Origin: Camelus dromedarius
Taxonomy: Eukaryota
Length of the DNA: 64,000 bases
NCBI RefSeq assembly: GCF_036321535.1
Contig: NC_087436.1
Location: forward strand, 29,018,001 to 29,082,000
Direction of reading: 5' to 3'
Both the position numbers and the translations under genes were made by a program. The first letter of the stretch is position 1. Each line of letters starts with the position of its first letter. This document shows, in pieces, positions 48,991-61,506 of this stretch. The notes under the pieces were generated by a model. That model saw only the letters and a list, made by a program, of their open reading frames with translations, was not told the origin of the DNA and did not search any database.

Positions 48991-51900
48991 TTTTTGCGCA
49001 GCGCCCTCATTCTGCCAACCAATCGCTGAGGAGCACCACCCACCGAGCCGCCGCTAATTGGCCAAACTGGCCGTCAAGCAGGCCCGTCACTAGGCAGCCG
49101 GGCCGGGCGGGATAGAACCCGCGCCCCGGCTGCCTGGGTGAGTGTGAGTGTGAGAGCGAGAACAGCCCGGCAGGTCCCGAGGCGCTAGCTGGGGACTCTG
49201 CCGCGGAAAGTTCCCAGTCCCCAGCAGCAGGTAATGGAAAGGGAATAGAGAGGTTCCCCTGTTTGCATCAGCAAATGCGAAAACATAATAGCAACAGCGG
49301 TATCGTCTCCCAGGAGCGGGGTTTCCAATGACGCTAACATTCTTTTTCCTTTAAGGTATTTTCCTTGCTACTGATTTTGGAAATAAGTCACCGAAAACAG
49401 GAAAAAGTTGCAGAGGGGCCACTAATTGGCAAGGGTTACTAATTAAGGGACTCTGGCGGAGATTGGCAGGACATTTGAAAAACAGACATAACACGGCCCG
49501 TGTCAAACTAAGTGTGAGGGTCTGAAAGGGCCGTGTGGAAAGGGGTGAAGCAGTTGGAGTATGGGGCGGAGATTGGTCCTGAAAAGCCGGGGGATTCACG
49601 CCCAGGGATGAGGGCTGGCACCTCCTATAGACGTGCAGTCGTGTTAGGCTTGCGTTTTCCCTTTAAACGTATATCCACAATATTCTTACCAAATAGATTA
49701 ATTTGCTTGGGGACCTGGTTTGAGCTGTGAGCGCTTTGATCAATGACTGAGGAGTATCATTTGAGCTCTGCCTTCGAAAGCCCGCCCGCTCAACGTCCGA
49801 CTCGCGGGCATCGGGCACTGAGCTCCTCCGAGAGCCGCAAGGCGCCTGGAATATCTCTGCGCCTCATTCGGCGCAGCGGCGGCGCGCACAGGCTTTTTTC
49901 TGCTTTTTCTGACAGTTGGAGGACCCCCCCCACCCCGCCCCCACGCCCTAAACTAGGCCGATGCACCGATTCTTGCCCAGCTTGGGTCAAGACCGCTGGA
50001 TGAGGACAGCTAGGCGGCCGGGAATGCGGGCGGGGGCGGGGTTGGGGGTGGTGCGTGGCCAGGGGCCGTGCACACGCGGGGTTCGAGTGTGTGCCGCTGC
50101 GGGTATCTGCGAACGCGCTTGCACATTCACAGTGCTGTCATCTAACCTCCCTGGTCCAGCGCACCGCTCTGTGTAAGCCCCAACCGAGCACCTCCCACAT
50201 ACCCTTCTGGGTCCCGAAGGATGCGCTTGACGAGCTGAGTGCTCACTCCCGAGGCGCCGGTGGGAAGCGGCGCATCCAAGCACCCAGTTTTTATGAAGTT
50301 AAAATACAGCGCGAACTCTTCAATGCTGAAGAGTGGATTGAATGTTAATTCTCCGAGAAAATGTTTTTTTTAAACATAATTTTATGTTAATTAATGGGCT
50401 GTAGAAGGTTGTTTATTCAACCAAACCACCCCTTGTTCAGTTTCCTTTTTACGCCACAGGATAAGAAGGTCCCTTGTGGCTTCCTGAATGAATGACCTGT
50501 GAGTAACACCGTCACAACCTGCGGGAAAAGAAGAGTCGTTTCCCCGATCCCAAGGTACGTTGCCATTCCTTCCTGGCAGGGAATTAAGGAGGGCGAGTGG
50601 CCTTGGGTTTGATTGTAGACTGAGGCATGTCCCTGCGAGTCCCGCGACTGCGTGTCTACTGCCCTAGCCCCCCGCCCCCTTGGCTCTTTCATGGAGATGG
50701 GTCCTGCCTTTGAGCGGTTAGAAGGGAAGGATGCCAGCAAAAAATGGCTAATCCTTTTCCAGCTGCAGTAAATTGAAGACTGGCCAAAGCCGAGCGAAAA
50801 CCGCTGCAGTTAAAATGATTTTAGCATCACGTCTGCGGCTGAGAATGGAGCGGCAGTTTATAAAAAGACCTGTGGATCAATGAAAAAGAGATTATAGTGT
50901 ATCTGAATATTAATAACGGCATTGCATCTGTACTTTATACCCCTCCCATCCCCCTCCCATATTTTTCTTTACATCCGCAGGATTGAAATGAAATGTTTTG
51001 AGGTCTTCAAGCTGACTCATCAGAATCTTGGAGCATATTTTTAAATGACGGTAATTTTCTAATGTTTGATTTGTACGTACGGAAACACTTGTGCGCGCGC
51101 GCGTGTGCGCGCGTGTTTGCGTGTGAGAGACATGCGGCTGAATGACAATGCAGATCCAGAAATTTGGGGAGAGGGTTTGTGCTCTCAAAATATTGATGAA
51201 GTTTGAGCACTTTGGACGTTCGCTGAGAGCCAGAGAGCTTCTAGAGGTGGAGATGAGAACGTGGAGAGATGGCCAGATTTGCCTGTAAATAATCACTACA
51301 TCCACTGATCCACTGTAACACTTGAGCTGCTTTCTTTTTTTTTTTTTTAATAGCAGTTGTGTTTGAAAGGGCAACTCTCTCCACAAACGTGGGTTATAGG
51401 CGTCTCCTAGCGGCGAAAGCGGCACAGGGCAAGCCAGAGAATTTTGCTTTGGAGCTCTTTCGGCAGGGCTCGCCTGTTGGGGGCTCTGCAGGATTTCCTG
51501 GGTCGCAGAGGCCGTTATCCGCGCCGGCGACGCCGGCCGGGGTCCTCTAGAGGTCTCGCCTCTCTGACTTCTAGTCTCCAAGGCGCCCTGGTATCGGCGC
51601 GGTGACAATGGGGTCTTCTGCCTGGGAGAATAGATACGAGCCCGGCCGTCCGCCTGCCTTTTAGTAGCTCCAGCCAAGGGCAATGGCAAGAGCATTCTGT
51701 CCTGGGCCGAGATTCAGATATTGGCATTAACAACCTTTTCTGCCTCCTTACTCTGGAATCATTTGATAGCCCCACCCCGTCACCCACAAAACAAAACAAC
51801 ACTTTAAATTTGCCCTTTAAAAGTGCCTCTTCAGTGTAATCTCTGTACTTTCTTCCTTGCTGTATCAATCTAGATTTTTTTCCCTTCCCCTTTTTATTTT

Positions 51901-52140
51901 TCAGTCTCCCTTCAGTGAACCCCAGAATTTAGTGAGGCCGTGATTACATAACTAACAGCCTCGGTGATGGGGTTGACGACCGCTTTGAAGTGCAGAATAT
52001 CGTGTAATGCAGCATCCTTTGACCTCGCCGCCACCACCTTTATTGAAACCTGCAGGGAGAAACTAAACAAAACGTAGCAACATAACCCTCTCACCCCAAG
52101 CCCTCTCCAAGAGCGCCAACCGCCTGGGCCCAAACAAATT
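48950..52140. promoter_or_regulatory. Upstream CpG-rich region, patchy (about 48.95-50.3 kb, 50.5-50.9 kb, 51.4-51.7 kb, 51.9-52.1 kb)
   Basis: Dense CpG clusters and GC boxes are present, for example at 49561-49570, 49925-49948 and 50027-50040. Confidence 0.8.
48960..49200. promoter_or_regulatory. PCDH10 core/proximal promoter, TATA-less, probably bidirectional
   Basis: There is a CCAAT at 49019-49023, an inverted CCAAT (ATTGG) at 49057-49061 and a GC box GGGCGG at 49105-49110, all in CpG-rich sequence. Confidence 0.75.
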
Positions 52141-52200
52141 ATATCCTAAAACAGAGGAGGGAAGTAGCTAATATTTGAAGAGAGATTATCAAAATCAATT
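49110..52200 (+). ncRNA. Candidate divergent lncRNA (PCDH10-DT-like), 5' portion; extent uncertain
   Basis: Plus-strand donors occur at 49138 and 49231, with a branch point, pyrimidine tract and AG at 49334-49355. No credible ORF is present. A divergent transcript is annotated at the human locus, from memory. Confidence 0.4.
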
Positions 52201-54694
52201 TTCATAAAACTCCTGGTTGGTGTGTGAGTGTTAATGCACCCTCGTCTATTTCATTGTCCTCTAAGGGCAGCAAAAGTGGGGTGGGGGGCACCAAGGATCT
52301 CATAAACTCGTTTTATATACATGGTTGCAAACTTTGAAACTAGCTAACCGGGTTGCTTTCTTCCCTACCCTTTTCTGGAAAAGGCGGGAGGGAAACAAGT
52401 TTGTTAACCAGGGTTTGGATAAATGAGTGTTTGCAGTGATTTAACTTGACTTGAAAGCAATTTGTTTCTAAATCCTCTTATTATTGCAGTGTGCCCAGAG
52501 CTTTGGTTTTCTTGTCTGTTTTTTTTTTTTTTTTTAAGAAATGGAAGAAAAAAATTTTAAATTGTCAATAAGGAGTCTTTCAAACGCCAAGTCCCACCAG
52601 GGTTGAGTTAGATGGTTCCTGGCACTTGACGTCCCCAGCAAGCACAGTGCCCAAAGCAAACGCAAAGGACCTGGACTGTATTGCATCTCTAATGGGTAAC
52701 CATGAAATCAGTTTATCTGTAAGTAGTGTAACCTAGCTTAAGAGGTGGGAAGGCAAGGCTTTGGAGCCAGTGCCACAAACACTGTTCATTTTTGTTCATT
52801 TACAGTTCACTAGAGTGAGTGTTGACTAGAGTTTCTGGAAAAGATTTATAGCATATACATGCTGTTATCAGCATTCAGGTAACTCTTTAGTTACTGTGTT
52901 CTAATGCTTTGAAGTCAATAGAGAACAAACCAATCCATGTTTTGGGGACTGAGAATACTAGCTATTAAGTGTTACTTGATATTCAAAGTAGAAATGTTCT
53001 TCATTTTGTTTAACCTTGTTAATATTGGTGTGGCTTCACATTTCAGTGTCTTTTCAGTTATCAGACAGAGCCAGCATTTTGTTAAACTCTAAACAGTGAA
53101 TTAAAAGCACTGATGAGCTGAAGCAGCCCTCTAATGCAGAATGACAAATTGCACTTAAGCAATACATGAACAAGAAAATGATTTATGGATTTTTACAATG
53201 GTCTGAGCCAATGAAAGCAACATGAATTATACATCCTAATGCTCATGATATCATTTTTTCTAATAATACTATTTCAGTCCAGATGCTATACTCTTATCCT
53301 TTCTATAAGAGATATTGATCAATAAGAAGTCTAGGAATATTTTCAAATTAGGCAATGGTGTTTGACAGTGGTTCCAAATGTATGTATACTTTCCTGAGTA
53401 CAGGGGGGTGATCAACATTGAGCACACTAACGTTCTGTCAGCTCCTTCACATATTATGTCTTTTGGTGATAAATACGTAGTCCTTTGGAAACTTATGTTT
53501 CACAACTTCTTTCAGAATGTAAATAGAGTTCTACTTTAGAATGACAATCTTTATTACATCATGATCTCTCTTTCTGAAAATCAAAATGCATTACCTCATC
53601 TTACCTGTTTTCTTTTTTAAATTGCTTTGATTATAGAAAAATCTGATTTCTCCAAAATGTCTCTTATCCTCTTCGTATTGGCTTATCGTGTTTTTTTTTT
53701 TTTCCCCAGAAAATTGTTTAATTCCTTAGTGTGTTAAAGACACTAGAAAGAAAGGTCATGTGCCTTCGTCTTTTTGGCGTTAGGAGACAAAATAGATCTT
53801 ACGGCTGTCTCAAATTACAGAAAAAAATCAATCAGGTAAAATTTTGTGTGGTGCTTGTTTGTTGAGTCTGAAAAAAAATCTAGTAATGGTGAGTGGCTAT
53901 GTCTAGCATTTTTATTTAACCATTTGTGGCTTATGTAACTAAGTATTTGGGATGTGTGAAGAATTTTAAGTGAAGACAGTGTCTTTGCTGTATTATACAT
54001 ACTCAACCATAGGAAACTTCTAATTACCTGGAGGCCTCTAGAGTCACATTATTAGGCTTAATCTTAATTATCCAGGTTTATAAAAAAAAAGAAAAGGAAA
54101 AAAATTGAATCCCAGCCTCTGCTTTTGACAGCATTAATAATTACTCTTCCTGAAGATTACTGAAATCAATGATGTGATTAGGATTGTAAGTAAGAACTAC
54201 AAGACATCACATTTAAAAAGCCAGCTGCTTTGCTAACAGGGATGATGTGTGGGTTTTACTGATGGGGCTCAGAGGTAGCAATGAAGCTTTAAACATTAAG
54301 GCCGATATAAAACAATTTCAAAAATTAATTGCAAGCCCTGATTAACTCTATATAAGAGAAAAGGTGTCTAGAATTCTCTCTTTTTTCTTCCCCAGTGGGT
54401 TTGCTTCTTATTTGATGGTGATATAGTTAGCATAATGCTAGTGTTTGTCTGGCAAGTATGAATTGTTTTCTTAAGGGGAAGCCCCTTAATTTTGTGAATA
54501 CAGAATGAGATTACTCAAATTGTGATTGGGGTTACAAGTCATACGGCTATATTTTGAAGGGTTTAAAAATGTTATTGCAGACAGACACCAGGGAAAGAAT
54601 ATCAAACATAGCTTGAAAATTACATTAGTTACTAGAATTATAATAGTAAACAGAACAAATAGTAAAATAGAAACTTCAGTTTAAAAAAGTATCT

Positions 54695-54785
54695 CAGTTT
54701 GACTGGCTGGTTAGTAGTAGAACTCCTTCTATAAGAAACTTGCAGTTTGACTGTCTGGTTAGCATAACTCTTTCTGTAAGAAACT
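54695..54785 (+). repeat. Imperfect tandem duplication, two copies of about 45 bp
   Basis: cagtttgactggctggttagtagtagaactccttctataagaaact (54695-54740) aligns with cagtttgactgtctggttagcataactctttctgtaagaaact (54743-54785). Confidence 0.9.
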
Positions 54786-54884
54786 GGATTTTCATGATAT
54801 CCTATCTAAACGGGTTTGGCAATGCTATGCTGTAAAAAGCTTTATTTTATTGCAATTTCTTGAGTTTTTTTTAGGTGAAAGTGA

Positions 54885-55088
54885 TTAATAGTTTTTAAAC
54901 AGCCAAGGTATGCCAAGCATTCTTAGCTACATTATAATATTTTCCCTCATGTCTATAGGTATTATCATACCAACATTATACATAAGGATACTGTAGATGT
55001 TCAGAATTTAAGTAACTCACCAAATTAAGAGAAAATTCAAATCCAGGCCTTCTGGTGCTCAGGCTGAGGCTCGGGTACTATACCATGA
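54885..55088 (-). mobile_element. MIR fragment
   Basis: The sequence reads aggtattatcataccaacattatacataaggatactg...ttaagtaactcacc...aattcaaatccaggccttctgg. Confidence 0.6.
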
Positions 55089-56029
55089 TGTTTCTCTAGT
55101 CTATATGATTGGATTGACTAAAAGAAAAAAAATGAATTAAAGATTAAAAATGGAATTCATCTAGATTTTGTACTAACAGGGGTACTGGATTTATGCTAGT
55201 AGAATGGCTGTTACATCACTGAGTTGAGCCATGGAAGAATTCATAAATATATTTGAGAATTTTTTTTTTTTTGAGATTTTGCGAGGAAACCAAACTTGGA
55301 ATATGTTTTCCTACAAGTGAAACAGATTACAAACATCCATCTCTTTCTCATGCAGAAGTGCCTGGCATAGGAATCACAGATTTTACTGACTGGAAATGGA
55401 AATTGCTAAAACAAACATGCCCAAAAGGAGACACCTCTGCTTCATTCAGTCCTGAAAAACACCCTGTTGATCAATGGGCCAAAAAGTATTGCCTTGTTCG
55501 TATAGTTTATTAGAGTTTCTTAAAAGCTAGGAAAAACTAAGTGTATCCATTTTACACAATGCAAATATTAGTGGGTTTTTGTGTTTTTTGTGTGTGCTTC
55601 CAAACTGGTCTTTAAAAGGGAAATTGTGTTTTGTTAACCAAAATTGCAACTATTATTTTATTCCATCATTGTTGCTCAGAAAAGATTGTTTTAATATAAA
55701 ATTTCTGAAAATTAAACAATTAAATTTATTTGACAATCTTTTGCCAGCAGGAAATGAAAGGAAATGACTTAAAAATAATTTTAAATATGGAAAGAATTAA
55801 CCACAGGAAGATGAATATGGAATCTTATTTACTCACTGTAAGTAAAATATTTGTATTATTATTTTGGTAATAAGTACTGATGGAAGGAAAATATATTTCT
55901 TCTAAAAGTGTGCTCAGTAATTCAGAATATATGGAATGGGGGCCCTATAAGGTAGGTTCTAGATCTTACTCATTTCTGAAAGCACCCAATTGTGGCGATG
56001 ATGACACAGTAAATTATGAAGGATTAAAC

Positions 56030-56248
56030 CAAATTGGGCTCAGATCCCTGCTTCTCCAGATATTTGAACTTGGCCCAATTAGTTAAATCTTTTGAAACTC
56101 TGTCAAAGTGTGTTAAACACTCTAAACATCTGTTAAAATATGATGATACATCTGATCTTGTTGAGTCATTGGGAGGCTTAAACTGACCCGATATATGTAA
56201 AATTCTCAGCCCATACTAGAGTTTCAATAAATATTATCTATTATTATA
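56030..56248 (+). mobile_element. MIR fragment
   Basis: The sequence reads gaacttggcccaattagttaaatctttt...gggaggcttaaactga...atatatgtaaaattctcagc...caataaatattatctattatt. Confidence 0.65.
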
Positions 56249-59074
56249 GCAAGATGTTTTGATTGAAGTAATCCTTAAATAAGATATTTATTGACAATAA
56301 TAGTATTGATTTTCCTGGTGGTTTTATTTCCTTTACAAAACGCAAACTATTTACTTTGAGGACAATTTTATATTGGCCTTATTTTGCAGGAAATTATAAT
56401 TTTAAAGAGAATGGAAACAGTAAATGAATAAGACAAAACGAGTTAAATTTTAAATAAGCATCAAAACATAAAAATCAATACTGAGTTTTTCTTTGTGTTG
56501 TTTTAATACTTCTTTTCTTCAAGATAAGTTTAAATTTTCTGTTTTAATCTATGTGATAAAACATGTAGACTTAAAAAATCATTTTGATAAAATATGGCTC
56601 TTTCATTGTAAAATACTATTTTTTAAATTTCTATATTTATCAAAATTTCAGGATTAAAGGACTCTTATTTGATATATTCACTATTTCCCTCCAATTCCTT
56701 GGTGTAAAGTCTTAACACCGACTCCTATATTCCTGCCGATGAGTACTAGAAACTCTCCAGATTAAAAACAAATTGGTGAAAAATCACTTAGAATAGAATG
56801 AATTTATTACAATGACCCATTCTGAGCCTCAAGCCTCAATCGTATTTAACTCTCTCTTCAGTATTCTCCTCTTTGTTATATTTCTGCCTAGCACTGCTAT
56901 TAGTGTTCTCAGTAACTTCTTACACCTTAAGAAACAAAAACACGCGTTGGTGCTGGTGTGATAGCAGCACAGCCAGAGGGATACTGAAAGAATGGAAAAT
57001 AAATGTAAATCATGGATATATTTCTCTAGGATTCATGTGCAATTTGATAAGTAAAGAATATGCATAAAATGTTTAAATTACTTCATTAAACAGCATGGAG
57101 AATACATTTAAACATAGAATGGCTCTGAATGCTGAGTACATGGGGAGTACAGAAAAGACTAGAATGAAATCATTTAATTAAGCAAAGATTTCTAGAAAAG
57201 GGCAGTTTCTGCCACGATTTTAAAGGTGAGAATGCTACAGATTAGTAGAAAAGAAATATCTGAAGCAGGTTAGAGGTACATGCACAGTAAAGAACTGAAA
57301 ACAGTGATAGCAAAAAGCTTTTCTATTGAGATCATAAAAACAGCACATCAAGCTTTTCAACTACAGGCCAATATCCTGACTTTGGACCCAGTTACTTAAA
57401 TCTATGAAGCCAGGCGGCTTCAATTTCGTTTCTTTGGATTTATTCCTCCCCAGCCCCACTCGCAAGAACTTGGCCAAATTTAAGGTCGGCATAGATGGCA
57501 GAGATTCTCATTTAGCCTTCACACCTGAGTAATGCTTTTGGTATGGGTTGGGCTAACAGCCAGTGTTCAGCCTTAGAATTATGATAAAACCTAATATTAT
57601 TGCTTGTTCATTAGCATATGCATTTGAGAATCTTGGCTGCTGCTTCTGCTTTAATGGTGAACTGTTAATGTCTGATTTTCTCAAAATATTTTAAAAATCT
57701 TGTTTGGTTCGACTACCTAACCAAGAATCTAATTTAACAAGAATGTATTTTCCTTTGGCCAGGCAGGATAATGGAGAGAAGTATTGCTTAAGCCCAAGGA
57801 ACCTAACAAACATTCAGCTGAATGGTCACATTTTTGATGGATTTGTTGGCTGTATAACCAGTTCTTAACATAAAGATGTGCTGACTAAATGAATGAATGC
57901 TTGACCTTTTAACTTTATACTATTATTCATCTTAAAAAATATTTCTGAGATATTATACTCAATTCCACTAGCTATATTTTTTAATAATCTGTATTTGAGA
58001 AAGGTCTTTTACAGTTGATTATTTCAAAGAAACCTTGCTTAAAGTGGAAAATCCACTGTACATTACAAATGTGTTCAAAACACTTCATCCCATTTACAAC
58101 TCATGAAATGCATTCCTTCTCTTTCTAGACAACTACTACTCAAAAGTAATATGTCATCTTATAATGTTCTTTGATTTATAATTTTCATCTTATTTCACAT
58201 ATACTATGTTGACTGTGTAACTATGAATAGAGTAAGTACAATGTCCAGGATTCTGAATTGTTTTATTCCTTTTATAAGGTCAGGATGACAAGCTAAGGAG
58301 TCCTCTATGATTAGAATTTTAGATGTTAAGAGTAAATATGGCTGAGATGGGAGGACATTCGGTGTCTTAGGTAGAATCAGGAGACACTGTAATTTTAAAG
58401 TGTTTCAGGGTTAAGTTAAAAAGAAAGGTTGATTGACTTGATAGATTCAAAGCAATGGTCTGAGTTTTAAGCCAGAGGGGACACTGCCTTGCTTCTAGTT
58501 TCTCTGTTCTTCAGTGTCCTGAAATGAAGGAATGTCAGTTCAGAAAAGGGCTGTTGATCACCAGAGTGTGTATATGTATTTTCTTTTCTTATCCCTCAGC
58601 TTTCTTTTTCCATAACTGAAACACCTGTATTGTTTGTGGTATGGATATTATGGAGTTTAGAAATAATTCTGTAATTAGGTTAGTAATTATTTTATGCATG
58701 CAGGTTTAAAAGTAATCCGAAAGGTTTTTCACAGGCTAATAAAACCGTTAAGTATTTGACCAGAATGAAAGGGTTTAAGTGTAAATAGGAAGTACATACA
58801 CAGGTTCACATACGTAAGAAAAAAAGGGCACGGTAGTGAAAAAGATGCTTTTGGCATAAGAAAATATCTAAACATATCAGTGAAACAGGACAGATCAAAG
58901 TTGGATGGTACTGTATGTGGAAGCTCACTTGACTTATAATACAGAAGTTCCATGTCTGTTGTGAAAGAAAACGTTTCCTTTTTCATCTTGCACGATATAT
59001 AAAAATGATCTCCAGACAGATTTGAGCATTAATTCAAAACATAAAACAGGAGATAACTAGATCCCAGAATAGTA

Positions 59075-59465
59075 TGTCAGCCTAAATAAAGAGGTAAACT
59101 GAGGCAAGCTTGAATTACCAGAAATTTCAGTTTATTCGGGGATAGTGGGAGGAATTACAATTCGGGAAACACAAACTGCATTAACCTATGGGCAGTCCCT
59201 TGAGGGTTTGGAGCGGGATGTATTTACATGCAAGAGTGCAGAGGGCGCGAGTCCAGCCAGAGTCTAAGCAGTAAGTTCATTGGCTTACGGATGGAGAAGG
59301 ATTGATGGCGGCTGTTCATTGGTCCAGAGATAAGTTTCAGCCTTACGTAAATCAGGCGTTTGCGGGAAATCAGTCTCTCGGTACTGAAGTTCGTTTTTTC
59401 TGAGGGCATGTTCGTGAGTCTCCATTTCATAACCTCCAGTTCCATTTTAGACTGAAATCCTTTCA
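59075..59465 (-). mobile_element. Probable solo LTR (ERV1-like), 391 bp
   Basis: It has TG...CA termini and 4-bp flanks agta/cgta (one mismatch). Minus-strand AATAAA is at 59131-59136, with two minus-strand CCAAT boxes near 59279 and 59318. CpGs are retained against an AT-rich background. Confidence 0.65.
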
Positions 59466-61488
59466 CGTATCAAATATTTATGTAACTTCAGTGAAGTTTC
59501 TTAAAGGGCCTTAACGTTCTGTTGTCCAGGTCTACTCCAGAAGGCAGACAGAAATTCCCCAGAAATACCTGAGGGACAGCAGAGCTCGAGAGCTTTCCCG
59601 CGCTGCCAGACGCTTAAATGAAGAGCAGTCACCCTCTCATGGGAGCCACTCCCATGTAGCCTCTGTCGACCTTGGATGGTGGCAACAGATGGAGATGCTG
59701 GCAGGAGAAATCCAGGCTTGAAAGTTTGGGGCATCTCTATTATTGCAAGGTGAGTCCCTTTGACATTGGTGCGGGAAGACAGGGAATTAAGATTGTTTGC
59801 CTTTCTATGTATTCTTCATTAACAGGATTAAAAAAAAAAAATCCCAATTTTTGGTGTTGAGATTCCAGAAACTCTAGGAAGAGGCTTCTCCTGGTTGGTG
59901 ATTCCTTAAATAGTACCCTGTTTTCCAGATTCCAAGTGGAGAATGCTTTTGGAGTGCTGAGATGTTTCTAACATGCATAGATATATCGCTTTGACAGTCT
60001 CTTCTGATTGGAAAGATAAAGTTACTGGTTGTTTTATGGTTATTTATTTACTACTGTAATTCACATTAGAATTTTTCTAAAGTATTCTGTTTCTGCATTT
60101 ATTTCTGAATTTTAGTATATTGTTCCTTATCTATTTTTTTCTAGAATTTATCTTGGAAAGGCAGAAAGTGAGTAGATGTCAGTCTAGAACGTATGATTCA
60201 TTTATTTTAAAAACCTTATTTTTTAAAATCATGATTCTTTTTAGTAGCACATCTGAATTAAGCTCTGCTGAGATGGGAAAATTTATTTACAGTTTTAAAA
60301 TGAATGCCCCTTTAAAAATCTGCTCCTCTTCTTCCCCCTTAAAGTTCATAGTTTGGGTGTAGCTGGCATTCTCATAACTTATGTAATATTTTTATGTTTA
60401 AAATAAGGACATGCATGGGAGCACGAGATCTGATTCATAGATCATAGACTGTAACAAGAACTCCTCTATTTATTTCTGTGGTTTTAAGTTTTGCCCACAT
60501 ATGAAGAAGAGTTTACGTGTAAAGGCAGAAATGTTGTGGCTAGCGTTTTATTTCAACTTTAATAATTATGAAATAATTTAAAATGGTTAAAAAAAAGAAA
60601 AGGCCATGGCATTTAAGGACATCTTTTTAATATGGTGCTGTTGTCTTAGTTGCTGAGGGTCACACAGTCCCTGCTGAATTTTGATTGTGTTCAGGAACAT
60701 TTATGAATTTCTTTCTTTTATCTGAGAAGAATGTGTAATATTTCAGTGAATTGTAGGTGGCAGTATACACAGCTGAATTCCATGTTTTATTGCAGGTATC
60801 TAAAAGATATTTCAGTTGGCTAACAATTTTATATTTAGGCTTTTTGACATTTTAGTCCCCATTTCAAACTCCTCCCTCCTTTTTGTTGTTAATATAAGAA
60901 ACATAAAATAAACTCCCTTAGGTAAGAGAGTGCCCTTGTGAAGTATTTTAAGTATCAGGTTTACTCTGAAACACTGTTATAGGAAGTTTTTTTTCATGTT
61001 ACTAAAGATACATTAGAAAGAGTATAATACTCTAATATTCATTGACCAGTTGATTTCATATTAAAATCAGAATTTTATACTGAAAGCACTCAGAATTATA
61101 TTTCAAGCCAACAACAGAGAAGTTTTTAGTCTGTCTCTTTACATGTTTTGTTTTAAAAGTTACAGGCAAATCTGCTTTGATTGCTAAGTTGTAAAAATTC
61201 AATACTTTCTTGATTTACTATCCTGAGACGTGATACATATTTTTGAGAATGTTAAGTACAAAATTGCTATTCTTTAGGCCTGTTACCCACATTGAAAGCA
61301 CTATATTCATGAGAATAATAATACAATTACAAATGATGTAGCAAAACAGAAAAAACCTTAAATTGACGATCCGTAGTCATACTGTGGCATCTGGTGGAGC
61401 TCAAGAAAGTTAGGCATTATAGCAGTCTGTTGGGAGAGTTTCACAAAATGCATCCAGGGTTTCATCCAGAGCCATGTGGAGTGGAGCT

Positions 61489-61506
61489 GGGGGGGGGGGG
61501 GGGGGG
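61489..61506 (+). repeat. Poly-G run (18 G)
   Basis: Directly visible. Confidence 0.95.

Noticed and set aside
50910..51695. 261-aa minus-strand ORF upstream of PCDH10
   Set aside because: It runs through a CpG island, an A-run (KKKK) and a dinucleotide repeat (HTQTRAHTRAR), with no domain or coding-like composition. PhyloCSF would settle it.
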